A stretch of DNA of 39,144 nt from a virus. Taxonomy: Duplodnaviria > Caudoviricetes. The translations under genes were made by a program, and so were the position numbers. Shown here in pieces: positions 17,731 through 26,298 of the stretch. Within the stretch, counting starts at the first letter, position 1. Every line of letters starts with the position of its first letter. The stretch spans positions 1 to 39,144 of IMG/VR virus record IMGVR_UViG_3300042923_000511; one strand, written 5' to 3'. Below the pieces are notes generated by a model. The model saw only the letters and a list, made by a program, of their open reading frames with translations. It was not told the DNA's origin and ran no database searches.

Positions 17731-19456
17731 TTAGCCATGCGCTAGCTGAACTAGCTTTTTCCATGTTTTCAAGCATTCTTACACATGCAAAAACAGAGGC
17801 GTCAAATATATCAATCCTCTGTTCTGGTACTACTTTTTCGTATTGAATCATATCATCAGTTTTCTCTACTGCTCTAACATTTTGAACGCAATATTCAAAC
17901 GCATCTGAATGTAAATAATAAAGATTCCCCTCTTTGGCTTTTGCTTCGATATGCCGGAAGCCTTCTGATTTTTTATAAAAATATTGTGGTTGGTCAATTA
18001 TGCTGAATCCCGCTTTTTTCATGCCTAAGAAATACTCTCTGCAAAACTTCCTGTCGTGACCTACTTGTTTGATTTTAAACCCTAGTCTTTTCATCTTAAC
18101 AAACCAGTTTACTATATCAGCATGGTTAACAATTGCACTATTGCACATATCAAGCCATCCATCGTCTTTCCATCCGAATAGCGGTATCCCATCTTCGTCC
18201 GCTTTTTTATGTGCTGCCACTACCGGGAACCATGCATGAGGTATTATAATGTCAATCCCTTTGTATTCTCCGTATAATGCAGCTGCTGTTAAATCGTGCA
18301 GCTTTGATAAATCAGCACCGCCAAACCAATTAATTGGCAATCGAGCAAGTTCTTCTAATGCCCATTTGTATTTTGCGTCTGAATTCTTGAATTCATCTAT
18401 ATTGAAGTATGCTTTCATGGCTGATGTATAGATATTTAAACTTTTTGCGAGAAAGTCTTTTCTCTGTTGCGGGTCATTTTGTGCCTGCAGCGAATCGTTA
18501 ATCATATCCTCTTTACGAATAGTTACTCCGTAATTTGGATTGGCTTTTTCGTGTTCAGCAGGATTTGTATAATCTACATTTCCGTCTTTATCCTCATCTG
18601 CCTTGGCAATGAATACAAAGTAGGCGTCGTCTTTCACTATGCCTTTTAATATCTTTTTACAATATTCTAATCTATGATAGCAAAAAGAAGCCATGTTATC
18701 TCCGGCGGTTGTAATCCCAATCATCAATTTATTGGTGTATGCCTTCATAGCCTCTTTGATAATGTTGTATTGCTTTGGTGTTTTATAGGCATGTACTTCA
18801 TCAGCAATTCCGATATTACAATTTAATGAATCTTGCCTATCCGGATTAGCTGCTAGCGCCTTAATATAAATAGAGCCATCACCTAAATCACCTTTTATTG
18901 AATGTTCTTGGTTGTTATCAAGGATTCTAAAACTTTCTTCTTCGCCCATTTCGCGAATATTGAAGTTTATATAATTAAAGCTTTGCAGTGATTGCTCTAG
19001 CGCTGCTCCTACTATATAGATTTTAGAACCTGACTTTCTTTCCAGTAATCCAAGGGCCCATGATAATGCTCCTACAAATCTTGTCTTACCATTTTTACGC
19101 GGTATGTAAATAAATGCTTCTTTGAAACGTCTTATTCTGGTTCCTTTGCGATAAAAACCTAATAAGTTATATATTATATATTTTTCCCAAGGTTCTAACA
19201 AAAAAGGTTCTCCCATTAACGGGGTGCCATCTAGCATTTCGCCTTGATCGTGTACAAAAGTTTTCTCAATTATTCCAATAACAAACTCTGCATCCTTTGG
19301 ATTGAAGTCATAGTCTGAATTATTTAAATCATTCAGAAACCTTTGGCAGCCTTCGATACCTTCGATACAATTTAACTTTCGCTTTTCAACTATGCTATTG
19401 GCATACTCCATAACAACATCATAGTTTTTATACTGCGGTTTCCTATTTTTGTTCAA
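17705..19456 (-). CDS. terL: Terminase large subunit
   Basis: Walker A IPRKNGKT, Walker B IADEVH, ITTAG, and nuclease motifs GADLS and IDIFDA. Confidence 0.95.
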   Translation of the reverse strand: MNKNRKPQYKNYDVVMEYANSIVEKRKLNCIEGIEGCQRFLNDLNNSDYDFNPKDAEFVIGIIEKTFVHDQGEMLDGTPLMGEPFLLEPWEKYIIYNLLGFYRKGTRIRRFKEAFIYIPRKNGKTRFVGALSWALGLLERKSGSKIYIVGAALEQSLQSFNYINFNIREMGEEESFRILDNNQEHSIKGDLGDGSIYIKALAANPDRQDSLNCNIGIADEVHAYKTPKQYNIIKEAMKAYTNKLMIGITTAGDNMASFCYHRLEYCKKILKGIVKDDAYFVFIAKADEDKDGNVDYTNPAEHEKANPNYGVTIRKEDMINDSLQAQNDPQQRKDFLAKSLNIYTSAMKAYFNIDEFKNSDAKYKWALEELARLPINWFGGADLSKLHDLTAAALYGEYKGIDIIIPHAWFPVVAAHKKADEDGIPLFGWKDDGWLDMCNSAIVNHADIVNWFVKMKRLGFKIKQVGHDRKFCREYFLGMKKAGFSIIDQPQYFYKKSEGFRHIEAKAKEGNLYYLHSDAFEYCVQNVRAVEKTDDMIQYEKVVPEQRIDIFDASVFACVRMLENMEKASSASAWLNGGKKEGE

Positions 19457-19805
19457 GGCTACTTAGCGCTGCTCCTAATCGTGATACTTTTTTCTTTCCA
19501 TTTGGCTTTTCGCTTTGCATGGCCTTTGGATTTAGGCATAATCTGTCCGAAAAAAGGAGTATGTCTTTTCTTAATGTTTCAATAGTTGACACTAATGCTG
19601 ACTTTTTTGTTCCTCCAGCAGCTGTAAATTCATCGCACTTATATTTTTTATCTTTAAGTTCTTTTGTGTATAGTTCATATTGTTCTCTTAGTTCGCAATA
19701 AATGTCAATAATAGGCTCATACTCTGGTTTATATGTGCCAAGTTTCTTCATGTCTGCAATTGTATTTTTTTTGATAGATTCTTTACGAATCGCCTTGCCT
19801 GGCAT
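19443..19805 (-). CDS. terS: Terminase small subunit (P27-like)
   Basis: [10 protein letters not shown]...[15 protein letters not shown]; directly upstream of terL. Confidence 0.85.
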   Translation of the reverse strand: MPGKAIRKESIKKNTIADMKKLGTYKPEYEPIIDIYCELREQYELYTKELKDKKYKCDEFTAAGGTKKSALVSTIETLRKDILLFSDRLCLNPKAMQSEKPNGKKKVSRLGAALSSLEQK

Positions 19806-19849
19806 ATACTCACCTCAATTCTTTGGTTACGAAAAAAAGTTTTTCATTG

Positions 19850-19925
19850 CTCGCTCTATTGGAAACATTTCCAACCGCCGGTACCTAGGGATTATTAATT
19901 AGAATAATTTAGGTGGGGGGATTGG
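19850..19925. other. Probable cos region
   Basis: GC-rich island (minus strand CCCCCCACC...CCCTAGGTACCGGCGGTTGG) between the HNH gene and terS, the usual cos location in HNH/P27-terS phages; cut site not determinable. Confidence 0.5.
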
Positions 19926-20092
19926 ATTTCGCTATTTAAAAAATCTTCCCATGCTTTTCTGCATGTTTCACTCCCGCTGCATTCGTTATACCTATCACAT
20001 CCAGCGCATCCATTATTTGCGCCTTTGTATTCTTGCGCCAAAAAGTTTACTAACGCATCAATGTCCTTTGTTATTACTTCAAATTGTTTCAA
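19895..20092 (-). CDS. Small Cys-rich hypothetical protein
   Basis: RBS GGAGG; CxxC...C...C. Confidence 0.6.
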   Translation of the reverse strand: MKQFEVITKDIDALVNFLAQEYKGANNGCAGCDRYNECSGSETCRKAWEDFLNSEIQSPHLNYSN

Positions 20093-20399
20093 GCTTCATC
20101 CCTCCTTTATTACTTACCCACGTTTCATATTTATCTTTTACTCTCTCTTGCCATTGCTTGCCAAGCTCTGTTAATTCATGTGTATCTCTATCGTGCATGG
20201 CATTGTGTTTAGTTCCGCTAAGAGATATCAAGTTCCAGTTCTCATGTGCTAACTCTGGGTAGAACTCTGCAGGATAGATATGATGTACTGTTGTAGCTTC
20301 AACCGCCTTGCCATATCTCTTGCTCTCTTGGCATAAGTATTTATCGCGCCTTAATATCGCTGCTCGTTTGTGTGCCCATCTTTTATTTTTGTAGTTCAT
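20079..20399 (-). CDS. Terminase-associated HNH endonuclease (HK97 gp74-like)
   Basis: W...R..ILRRDKYLCQ...VHHI.P...NLISL....HN..H; upstream of terS. Confidence 0.9.
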   Translation of the reverse strand: MNYKNKRWAHKRAAILRRDKYLCQESKRYGKAVEATTVHHIYPAEFYPELAHENWNLISLSGTKHNAMHDRDTHELTELGKQWQERVKDKYETWVSNKGGMKLETI

Positions 20400-20400
20400 A

Positions 20401-20655
20401 CTATCTACATCCTTTATTCACATTGTAATACTGTTGCTTGCTCTCTCTTAACTGTTGGTATTCCTCTTCCGTTAATAACCTCTGACACGATCCGCGTAGG
20501 TATTTGCTCTTAGGTAACTTACCACACTTAATAAGCTTTATTAATTCATGGCATGACCTTAATGTCTTATGATGCGAATGTTGGCTATATAATCCGCCTT
20601 TACGCACCACTATAAATCCTCTGCTGTTTTGCTTTATCTCAAATTCTATATTCAT
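20401..20655 (-). CDS. Hypothetical phage protein
   Basis: Tightly packed ORF, basic. Confidence 0.6.
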   Translation of the reverse strand: MNIEFEIKQNSRGFIVVRKGGLYSQHSHHKTLRSCHELIKLIKCGKLPKSKYLRGSCQRLLTEEEYQQLRESKQQYYNVNKGCR

Positions 20656-20658
20656 AGG

Positions 20659-20826
20659 CTAATTACCTTTTCTTAGCAAGCATCTGTAATCAGGCTTCAT
20701 CTCATGGAATACGCTCCCCGAAGTCCCTCGTTGTAAGCTATCTTTACCACATTTCTTTAGCGTAGATAATGGGCAAGCTATACAAGACGTTGGCAGCTTA
20801 TCTACTATAACTTTAATTATTTCCAT
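20659..20826 (-). CDS. Small Cys-rich hypothetical protein (LPTSCIACPL)
   Basis: Start moved to ATG 20826 after RBS GAGGTGA. Confidence 0.6.
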   Translation of the reverse strand: MEIIKVIVDKLPTSCIACPLSTLKKCGKDSLQRGTSGSVFHEMKPDYRCLLRKGN

Positions 20827-20848
20827 GGAATCACCTCGTTTCTGTAAT

Positions 20849-20879
20849 AAAAAAGCACCTACCGTTATGTAAGTGCTTT
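20849..20879 (-). terminator. Intrinsic terminator after the NUMOD4-HNH gene
   Basis: AAAGCACTTAC-ataacg-GTAGGTGCTTT-TTT. Confidence 0.75.
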
Positions 20880-20913
20880 CTTGTGATACTCGCTCAATCT
20901 GTGGCATGAGTAT

Positions 20914-21384
20914 CTATTTTGTGTATTCCCATACGTACCCTTTGTATTGTTTTGTTATTCCGTTAATATTTCTAGTAATTCCTCTGTGGTCAAATCCTTT
21001 TGCTCTACAATCTATTTGTGCTTCAAAAAGTATTGCTTTTCCTGTTTTAATATTTATACCTCTTATTTTTTTAGATTGCGAATATCTTATATTGTACTGA
21101 TTGTTGCACCATTCCAAATTTTCAACTGTATTATTTGCTTTGTGTTCGTCTATGTGATTAACCAACGGCAAATTTAACGGATTTTCAATAAACGCCGTTG
21201 CTACTAGCCTGTGAATTTTTGCTTTATATTTTATACCATTGATAGAAAGGTCAACGCATTGATATCCGTTTTTATCAGAACATGGCTTTCTTATTTTATT
21301 GGTTTTGATGCTAAAAATTCTTCCTATGTTGCTGATTTTATAATTTCCTTCCTGTCCCACTACATCTTTCCATATTTCTTTCAT
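20914..21384 (-). CDS. Free-standing NUMOD4-HNH homing endonuclease
   Basis: EIWKDV.G.EG.YKISN.GR; HRLVATAFI.NP..LP.VNHIDE.KANN...NLEWC. Confidence 0.92.
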   Translation of the reverse strand: MKEIWKDVVGQEGNYKISNIGRIFSIKTNKIRKPCSDKNGYQCVDLSINGIKYKAKIHRLVATAFIENPLNLPLVNHIDEHKANNTVENLEWCNNQYNIRYSQSKKIRGINIKTGKAILFEAQIDCRAKGFDHRGITRNINGITKQYKGYVWEYTK

Positions 21385-21407
21385 TATTTATCTCTCCATT
21401 CTTTGCA

Positions 21408-21437
21408 ATAAAATAGGCACAGCTTTTCGCTATGCCT
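21408..21437 (-). terminator. Terminator-like hairpin ending the late leader
   Basis: AGGCATAGC-gaaaa-GCTGTGCCT-ATTTTATT. Confidence 0.65.
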
Positions 21438-21626
21438 TGTTTATAATTATGAAGAGTGTTAGGAGCATACCCTAACATGCGTTACTCTTGTTTTAATCCA
21501 TGCCGTTACTAAACTTAAACAGCTCGGCTTGTCCTGTACGGTAATGGCTCCACAGTATGTAATTTACTCGAAATTACCAAATAAGGAGGTGTCGGCTATG
21601 AATGAATAACCAAAACCCATAATATA

Positions 21627-21660
21627 ATTATACTTATTTGACACGGGAAATGTGGGAAAT
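21627..21660 (-). promoter_or_regulatory. Putative activator-dependent late promoter
   Basis: Direct repeat ATTTCCC x2 replaces the -35 immediately after the activator stop; TATAAT at 21632-21627. Confidence 0.55.
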
Positions 21661-21661
21661 T

Positions 21662-22045
21662 TTATTTAAAATGGTTACGATACTTTTTTGATACTGTCGT
21701 CCTCTCGTATCCCGTTTCGATTGCTATTTGCTCCCAAGAAAGATTATTAATGCATCTTAATCTTAATATCAATCTTAATTCGGCGCCCTCTACTGTGTTT
21801 ATGTACCTTTCTATTCTGCCTCTTACAACATATAATTCTTTTAGCTTAATCTCGTACAGTTCGTTTATTTCTTGTATGGCTATGGCTCTGTTGCCCACTT
21901 TGTCAGTCGTCCCGCTTCCAAATGGCATACCAGTAATTTCTTGGCCCTTGCAGTAGGATTGTGATTCTAGTTCCTCTTTCTGTTTTTTTAACACTCCGAT
22001 TTCTTTGTTTATCCAATGGAGCTGATTTAATTCTTTTTCCGTCAA
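21662..22045 (-). CDS. Late transcriptional activator (ArpU/RinA/DUF1492-like)
   Basis: ITGMP.G...RLILRLR.I..LSWEQIA...GY..TTV HTH; last early gene; start moved to TTG 22045. Confidence 0.8.
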   Translation of the reverse strand: MTEKELNQLHWINKEIGVLKKQKEELESQSYCKGQEITGMPFGSGTTDKVGNRAIAIQEINELYEIKLKELYVVRGRIERYINTVEGAELRLILRLRCINNLSWEQIAIETGYERTTVSKKYRNHFK

Positions 22046-22049
22046 TCTC

Positions 22050-22271
22050 TCACCCCTTATTGTATGTTGTAAACTTGTCCACGTCATGATATGTAAAACA
22101 TTCTTTTTTGCCGCCTATCCTGCATAGTACATGATATGGATAAAATCTAAGTATAGTTGCTTTGATTCTTTTTAATATTTTCTCGTCCTTTACATCACGC
22201 ATCCGCATATTAATGGTTTGCCCTGGCTTATATTTATTGTATATTTTATTTCTTAGTTCTCTTAGTGTCAT
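22050..22271 (-). CDS. Hypothetical phage protein
   Basis: RBS; C-terminal ECFTY.D pattern. Confidence 0.65.
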   Translation of the reverse strand: MTLRELRNKIYNKYKPGQTINMRMRDVKDEKILKRIKATILRFYPYHVLCRIGGKKECFTYHDVDKFTTYNKG

Positions 22272-22290
22272 TTTTCACCATCCTTTATAA

Positions 22291-22324
22291 AATAAAAACT
22301 ACTAACCAAATATTGATTAGTAGT
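22291..22324 (-). terminator. Terminator after the 135-aa gene
   Basis: ACTACTAATCA-atatt-TGGTTAGTAGT-TTTTATTTT. Confidence 0.75.
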
Positions 22325-22331
22325 CTGTGGT

Positions 22332-22739
22332 TTACTTATTAAATTTTGCCTGGAATCCAGTATGTAGCATAGTCAGTATGCTTTCAAACTGTTCTTCGGT
22401 TAATTCCTGGTATTCTTCCATGGCCAGTGATGCTCCTGCGTTATTATTGGTTTTATCATCACTCTTGGTAATAACAATCTCATATTCATTTTGCGATGGA
22501 TTGTAAGTGTAATTACCGTCATAACCATGGAGCTTGCAGAACTCATTGAAAATTATCTCGTGTTTTAAACTATCCGTCATTTCACTTCTTTCTTCTTGTA
22601 ACCATTGCAGCAACAATAACCCATTAAATTCACATTCTGCCTTAATAAATTCTCTGTAGTGCTGAGAAATGAAATACCCCAATGTATCAGCACATTGATA
22701 TTCGCTATCAAGTGATTTAATATATTCAAAATTAGTCAT
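22332..22739 (-). CDS. Hypothetical acidic protein in a moron-like cassette
   Basis: RBS AAGGAG; MTNFEYIKSL...WLQEE N-terminal module. Confidence 0.75.
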   Translation of the reverse strand: MTNFEYIKSLDSEYQCADTLGYFISQHYREFIKAECEFNGLLLLQWLQEERSEMTDSLKHEIIFNEFCKLHGYDGNYTYNPSQNEYEIVITKSDDKTNNNAGASLAMEEYQELTEEQFESILTMLHTGFQAKFNK

Positions 22740-22768
22740 GTATTTACACTCCTTTTTATTACTATTAT

Positions 22769-22788
22769 CTACTAATCAATATTTAGTT
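22769..22788. repeat. 20-bp inverted repeat, partner of 22304-22323
   Basis: CTACTAATCAATATTTAGTT versus AACCAAATATTGATTAGTAG (19/20 complementary). Confidence 0.9.
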
Positions 22789-22814
22789 GTCAATGTACTT
22801 GGATAAATTTTAAT

Positions 22815-23159
22815 TTAGCTTAGTAACTTAAATTCATTTTTCATAAATTCTTCATCACCTTGTAATCTATCAGAATTGGAATCAATATCATCTTTCCAGT
22901 CCTCTTCACTGAAAACTGCTCTATCCATACCACAATTACATTCATGATGATGTATGACTTCACACCCACAGCGAATACAAGTTACTTTAATTTCTGATTC
23001 TTTGTAATCTTCCTTATCTTTCATCTTTGGATAATATAGTTCAAATAACCGTTTAACTTCTTTATCTGATTTATCACTTAGCCAATTATCTGCAATTTCA
23101 CATCCTAATTTTTTTCTAAAGAATTTTACTTTCTCTTTTCGGTTACTTGGTATTTTCAT
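22815..23159 (-). CDS. Hypothetical protein with a CxxC...CxC motif
   Basis: ORF with RBS AGGTG. Confidence 0.65.
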   Translation of the reverse strand: MKIPSNRKEKVKFFRKKLGCEIADNWLSDKSDKEVKRLFELYYPKMKDKEDYKESEIKVTCIRCGCEVIHHHECNCGMDRAVFSEEDWKDDIDSNSDRLQGDEEFMKNEFKLLS

Positions 23160-23209
23160 ATAACACCTACTTTCTAACCCAAATGATAATTGCTATTTTA
23201 GTTTAGCTA

Positions 23210-23383
23210 TTATTCGTTTTCATAGCTGCAATAAACAATAGGTTCATCAGCATTACAATTATTATATTCAATATCCTCTTTTGCTTTTTCCTTAGCTATT
23301 TCTTCTGCTTCTTCTTTGCTATCTGCTTCAATGTCATCATAATTGATAGACAAATTCATTCCTACACTTACATTCCATTTCAT
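23210..23383 (-). CDS. 57-aa acidic protein (IEADSKEEAEEIA, DpnD/PcfM-like); not in the ORF track
   Basis: RBS GAGGT; fills the gap between neighbours. Confidence 0.65.
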   Translation of the reverse strand: MKWNVSVGMNLSINYDDIEADSKEEAEEIAKEKAKEDIEYNNCNADEPIVYCSYENE

Positions 23384-23417
23384 ATTTTTTTACCTCTCTA
23401 AATGATAATTTCCCCTA

Positions 23418-23720
23418 CTACTTACTCCCTAACTTAATCCTTATCTCTCCAAGTTCCGCACAATATTTAAGTGCTTCTCGGTGCCAGTAGTCACGTTGGA
23501 CACGTATCTCCAGTAATTCTTTTTCTGTTTCCATTAGTTGATTGTGGAGTATTTGGCATTCTTTTGATTCTTCCGGCTCTGACTGGATAATTTTTTGTAC
23601 TTCCTCTAATATCTCATAAGCCATATCATACTGCCCTTGTCCATATACGGGGCGCGTGGTTTTATTCACTCCCCATGCCTTATGTTGGATTGTCTCAATA
23701 ATTTGCTTTTCCTTATTCAT
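23418..23720 (-). CDS. Hypothetical phage protein
   Basis: Start overlaps the end of the YopX gene. Confidence 0.65.
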   Translation of the reverse strand: MNKEKQIIETIQHKAWGVNKTTRPVYGQGQYDMAYEILEEVQKIIQSEPEESKECQILHNQLMETEKELLEIRVQRDYWHREALKYCAELGEIRIKLGSK

Positions 23721-24072
23721 TCGATACCCCCTGTAATAACTCCGGATTCTGATAGATATTTCCGATAACCTCTACTGCCGGCTCTTGTCCTACATAGCAT
23801 ATATATCCATTAGTTGTGTGCCCTAAATATCTAGCATTTTCTTCATCCCATTTGACTGTGAATATATAACTGGAACCTCCGCGCGTTCCCATGCAGATAT
23901 CGCAATCATAAATTTCTTTGCCGTTCTTGTCTTTTAATCCGGTGTATTGCATTGGTACGAGATACGGACATGTCAATATAGAAAAGCTATTCCAGCGTAA
24001 TAACATTTGTTTCCATGAAAACATTGATTTTACGTTCGTGTCCCATGCCCTAAACTTAATTTCCATTTGCAT
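23713..24072 (-). CDS. YopX-family protein
   Basis: EIKFRAWD...MQYTGLKDKNGKEIY..DI...EVIGNIYQNPELL. Confidence 0.92.
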   Translation of the reverse strand: MQMEIKFRAWDTNVKSMFSWKQMLLRWNSFSILTCPYLVPMQYTGLKDKNGKEIYDCDICMGTRGGSSYIFTVKWDEENARYLGHTTNGYICYVGQEPAVEVIGNIYQNPELLQGVSNE

Positions 24073-24772
24073 AAGCTTCCTCCTTGCTTATTCGTTCAAA
24101 TTCTATTACCCAAACATAATGGTTTGCGTTCCATCCGTATTTATCAAGGTCTGATTTCTTTACGGTGGAATCCCACAATTTTATGAAATTTGGTTTTGCA
24201 TCAACCATCCACGAAATCCCAGTATAAACACCTTCATGAACGCAATCTGCAATACACATATCCTGTAACCGTTCAACTCTAACATCTGTCACTCTCAAGA
24301 ATATCCTAGTTGCTTCTTTCGGCATATGTATGGATGGGTGCCATCTTAAACTATATTTTTCATCTGAATATCTAATATCATCCGCCTTAAACACGAAATA
24401 TTTCATTCTCTTTTGAATATTTGTCGGAGCCCAATTTCCTGATAACCCACATTCAAACTTTTCAATTTTGTCAAAGTTAGTTATAATTTCATGTATATTT
24501 TTAATTTCGCGGCCTTCATCAAAATCCATATATTCTGTTTCAAATACTTCTTGCCATGCTTCTCTTACATAGAGAATATCTCCGACTTGATAAGGTCCTA
24601 CATCTTCAACTTCCCAGCATTCCTCTTTTTCGTTTATGTAATACCATGGTGTACCATCACATTTATAATCAAATCCTTTTATGATTTTTTCTTTAACTAA
24701 CCGCCTTGTAACCGTCTTTCTACCGTCTAAAATAGCTTTAACCATTTCGGTGCAGAATAATATTGGTTTCAT
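24056..24772 (-). CDS. Conserved phage protein, ASCH/PUA-like
   Basis: MKPILF..EMVKAILDGRKTVTRR, GDILYVRE and WHPSIHMPKEATRI motifs; start moved to 24772. Confidence 0.75.
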   Translation of the reverse strand: MKPILFCTEMVKAILDGRKTVTRRLVKEKIIKGFDYKCDGTPWYYINEKEECWEVEDVGPYQVGDILYVREAWQEVFETEYMDFDEGREIKNIHEIITNFDKIEKFECGLSGNWAPTNIQKRMKYFVFKADDIRYSDEKYSLRWHPSIHMPKEATRIFLRVTDVRVERLQDMCIADCVHEGVYTGISWMVDAKPNFIKLWDSTVKKSDLDKYGWNANHYVWVIEFERISKEEAYANGN

Positions 24773-25158
24773 TCTGATACCTCCCTGTATGGTTCTGGCA
24801 GTGGTTGCCATGCTGTGACTATTAATGATTGTTCTATATCTTCCCAAAACCAATTACCATCTTCTTGTATAAAATCAATTGCAGTATCTCCGTTCTCATA
24901 AGCAACTAGCACATCTTCGTTAATTTGTGGCAATTTCTCGCTTACTGGAATCCAACCATCATTTAATTGATGTTCCATATGGGCGATAGCAGTTCCGACC
25001 GCGTTTCTTACTGAATTCGCTCTTGATGCTAATTCTAACGACTTATCGCTGTAGTTTTCTGCCTTGCTGTATACCGAATAATCTGCATATATTTCAAGTA
25101 ATAAATCATGATACTTTTTTAGCGTTGCAATCGAATTTTCAATCTCTTGATTATTCAT
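24769..25158 (-). CDS. DUF551-domain protein
   Basis: WIPVSEKLP...VTAWQPLPEPY. Confidence 0.85.
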   Translation of the reverse strand: MNNQEIENSIATLKKYHDLLLEIYADYSVYSKAENYSDKSLELASRANSVRNAVGTAIAHMEHQLNDGWIPVSEKLPQINEDVLVAYENGDTAIDFIQEDGNWFWEDIEQSLIVTAWQPLPEPYREVSE

Positions 25159-25414
25159 ATTCCACGCTCCAATCTATGGCTTGACCGCATATCAAACAAT
25201 GTTTATGTACTGTTTTATCATCCAAATAAACAATGGTTTTTCCACATGAAGGACAATCAAATATACTAAATTCATCATTTTCATTTATTGGTTTCTTTGG
25301 TATCTGCTTTTCTAGTGCTTGGATTGCTAAGCAGCAGGACTTTATTGATACCGTGCATGTTGTTGCCCTTGTTTGTATTTCTAATTCTTTTATAGCTTTT
25401 TCTATATCATTCAT
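25151..25414 (-). CDS. Zn-ribbon phage protein (EKQIPKKP family)
   Basis: ALEKQIPKKP...CPSC...CLICGQAIDW; start moved to 25414. Confidence 0.8.
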   Translation of the reverse strand: MNDIEKAIKELEIQTRATTCTVSIKSCCLAIQALEKQIPKKPINENDEFSIFDCPSCGKTIVYLDDKTVHKHCLICGQAIDWSVEYE

Positions 25415-25701
25415 TCTTCCACACTCCAATCTATTGATTGACCACAATTAGGACAATAATTTGGTGATTCATCAGTTATGTTTTCGTTACATGTAGGACA
25501 ATATGAACACGGAAATTTAATATATCGTTTCTTTGGTATCTGCTTTTCAAGTGAAGATATTGCGACATCCATTGCTTTTTTCTGTTCTTCAAGGCTTGAA
25601 TTATCACTTTTTGGCTCAAAGTTCATATTGTATGCAATCATATCTCTGATAATCTCTGCTCTATGTTTAAGTAAATTTATTGCTCTTTCTAACTCATTCA
25701 T
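25411..25701 (-). CDS. Zn-ribbon phage protein, paralogue of the neighbouring gene
   Basis: LEKQIPKK...CPTC...CPNCGQSIDW. Confidence 0.8.
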   Translation of the reverse strand: MNELERAINLLKHRAEIIRDMIAYNMNFEPKSDNSSLEEQKKAMDVAISSLEKQIPKKRYIKFPCSYCPTCNENITDESPNYCPNCGQSIDWSVEE

Positions 25702-25987
25702 CCTTGACAGCTCCTTTCAATAATGGAATAACTCTATTTAACAGTGATAGTTGGCCTAAAAAGAATTCACTTTTATCTGACATTATTAATGCTGTCTTGT
25801 GCTCCTCTTCTAACTGCTCCGCTACCTTGTCCACATCATAAGCGGTTGGTTCGTGTTCTATAATGCAAATACAATCTGCATAGGCATATGATTTCATTAT
25901 CTCATTTGTAGTTGCTGTGTTGACCGAATAAGAGTTTTTACCTTCTATCTTTTTTAACAATGCTTCTCTGCTGATTAAATCACTCAT
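25694..25987 (-). CDS. Hypothetical phage protein
   Basis: MSDLISREAL...PTAYDVDKV..QLE pattern. Confidence 0.75.
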   Translation of the reverse strand: MSDLISREALLKKIEGKNSYSVNTATTNEIMKSYAYADCICIIEHEPTAYDVDKVAEQLEEEHKTALIMSDKSEFFLGQLSLLNRVIPLLKGAVKDE

Positions 25988-25989
25988 TC

Positions 25990-26175
25990 TTATACCTCAG
26001 CTTTCGTTAATCCATCTAATGCATATCCACCGCGGTAATTCTCTAACATTACACATACAGTTCCACATAAGTCAAATGGCTCGCTCTTGACGGTAAATTC
26101 TACCCCTTTATTTTTATCTGCAACCCAGTATTTATCATTCATTACAACCTTATCTCCAGTTTTAATATCATTCAT
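25990..26175 (-). CDS. Small beta-barrel-like hypothetical protein
   Basis: MNDIKTGDKVV; start moved to 26175 (RBS AAGGAG). Confidence 0.6.
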   Translation of the reverse strand: MNDIKTGDKVVMNDKYWVADKNKGVEFTVKSEPFDLCGTVCVMLENYRGGYALDGLTKAEV

Positions 26176-26296
26176 CCTTGACATCTCCTTCATTTTCTTT
26201 CTTAGGCTCATATTTATTCATGTACTCCCAATCACATTCTTTGCATGGGTGCTCTTCGGCTTTTAATTTTTCGTACTTACATGTGCTACAGCTCAT
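26168..26296 (-). CDS. 42-aa Cys-rich protein MSCSTCKYE...PCKEC; not in the ORF track
   Basis: RBS GAGGT; stop overlaps the start of the next gene. Confidence 0.6.
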   Translation of the reverse strand: MSCSTCKYEKLKAEEHPCKECDWEYMNKYEPKKENEGDVKDE

Positions 26297-26298
26297 CC

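Noticed and set aside
17705-19456. Intein or intron in terL, portal or capsid genes
   Set aside because: Normal lengths, continuous frames, no splice motifs.
21582-21609. Plus-strand perfect SD followed by the minigene ATG AAT GAA TAA
   Set aside because: No plus-strand promoter seen; better explained as the complement of the anti-SD and hairpin in the late leader.
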